Shown piece by piece: positions 5,419-5,505 of a stretch of 5,505 bases of DNA. Both the position numbers and the translations under genes were made by a program. The DNA comes from Tubiluchus corallicola (Eukaryota > Animalia > Priapulida), in NCBI GenBank assembly GCA_030141605.1, contig JAQGDQ010000365.1, forward strand, positions 1 through 5,505. The letters are read 5' to 3'. The first letter of the stretch is position 1. Every line of letters begins with the position of its first letter. A model generated the notes under the pieces. The model was not told where the DNA came from and did no database searches. It worked only from the letters and a program-made list of their open reading frames with translations.

Positions 5419-5505
5419 TTAATCAAGTACTCCGCTACGGATTACATTAGAAATTGCCTCTAAATCTTCAAGGATATAGTTCGAAATTTCTCCGCTTGGG
5501 TTCAC
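5419..5505 (-). CDS. probable C-terminal end of a gene entering from the right edge
   Basis: Open frame VNPSGEISNYILEDLEAISNVIRSGVLD* with TAA at 5419-5421. Composition is protein-like and the orientation matches the cluster, but only 28 codons are visible. Confidence 0.45.
   Translation of the reverse strand: MNPSGEISNYILEDLEAISNVIRSGVLD

Noticed and set aside
4038-5438. Integron attC interpretation of the empty-site hairpin
   Set aside because: The AAC...GTT pair is at the inner end of the stem rather than the outer R box, the flanks do not fit RYYYAAC/GTTRRRY, and no integrase or cassette array is visible.

Overview
AT-rich window, probably from a Bacteroidota genome (DUF4248-like gene, TAnnTTTG promoter motif, A-rich Shine-Dalgarno-free start regions). 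The left ~4 kb is a co-oriented minus-strand module that looks like the replication/early region of a prophage, phage satellite or integrative element. In transcription order it holds a DUF4248-like gene (3518-3751), a very acidic 74-aa protein (3222-3446), a non-coding spacer carrying helically phased CTAYT repeats (about 2967-3144), a 372-aa coiled-coil protein (1807-2925), and a Zn-finger/TOPRIM/P-loop primase-helicase (1771 to beyond base 1). The ORF track misses the primase-helicase because its stop lies outside the window. The right side is a complete 1336-bp IS256-family element (4071-5406) with imperfect 25-bp terminal inverted repeats, an 8-bp target duplication (AACTTTAA) and a frameshifted transposase. 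Removing the IS shows it landed in the loop of a pre-existing hairpin that overlaps the stop codon of a probable minus-strand gene entering from the right edge. Family assignments come from motif recognition by eye; no database searches were run.
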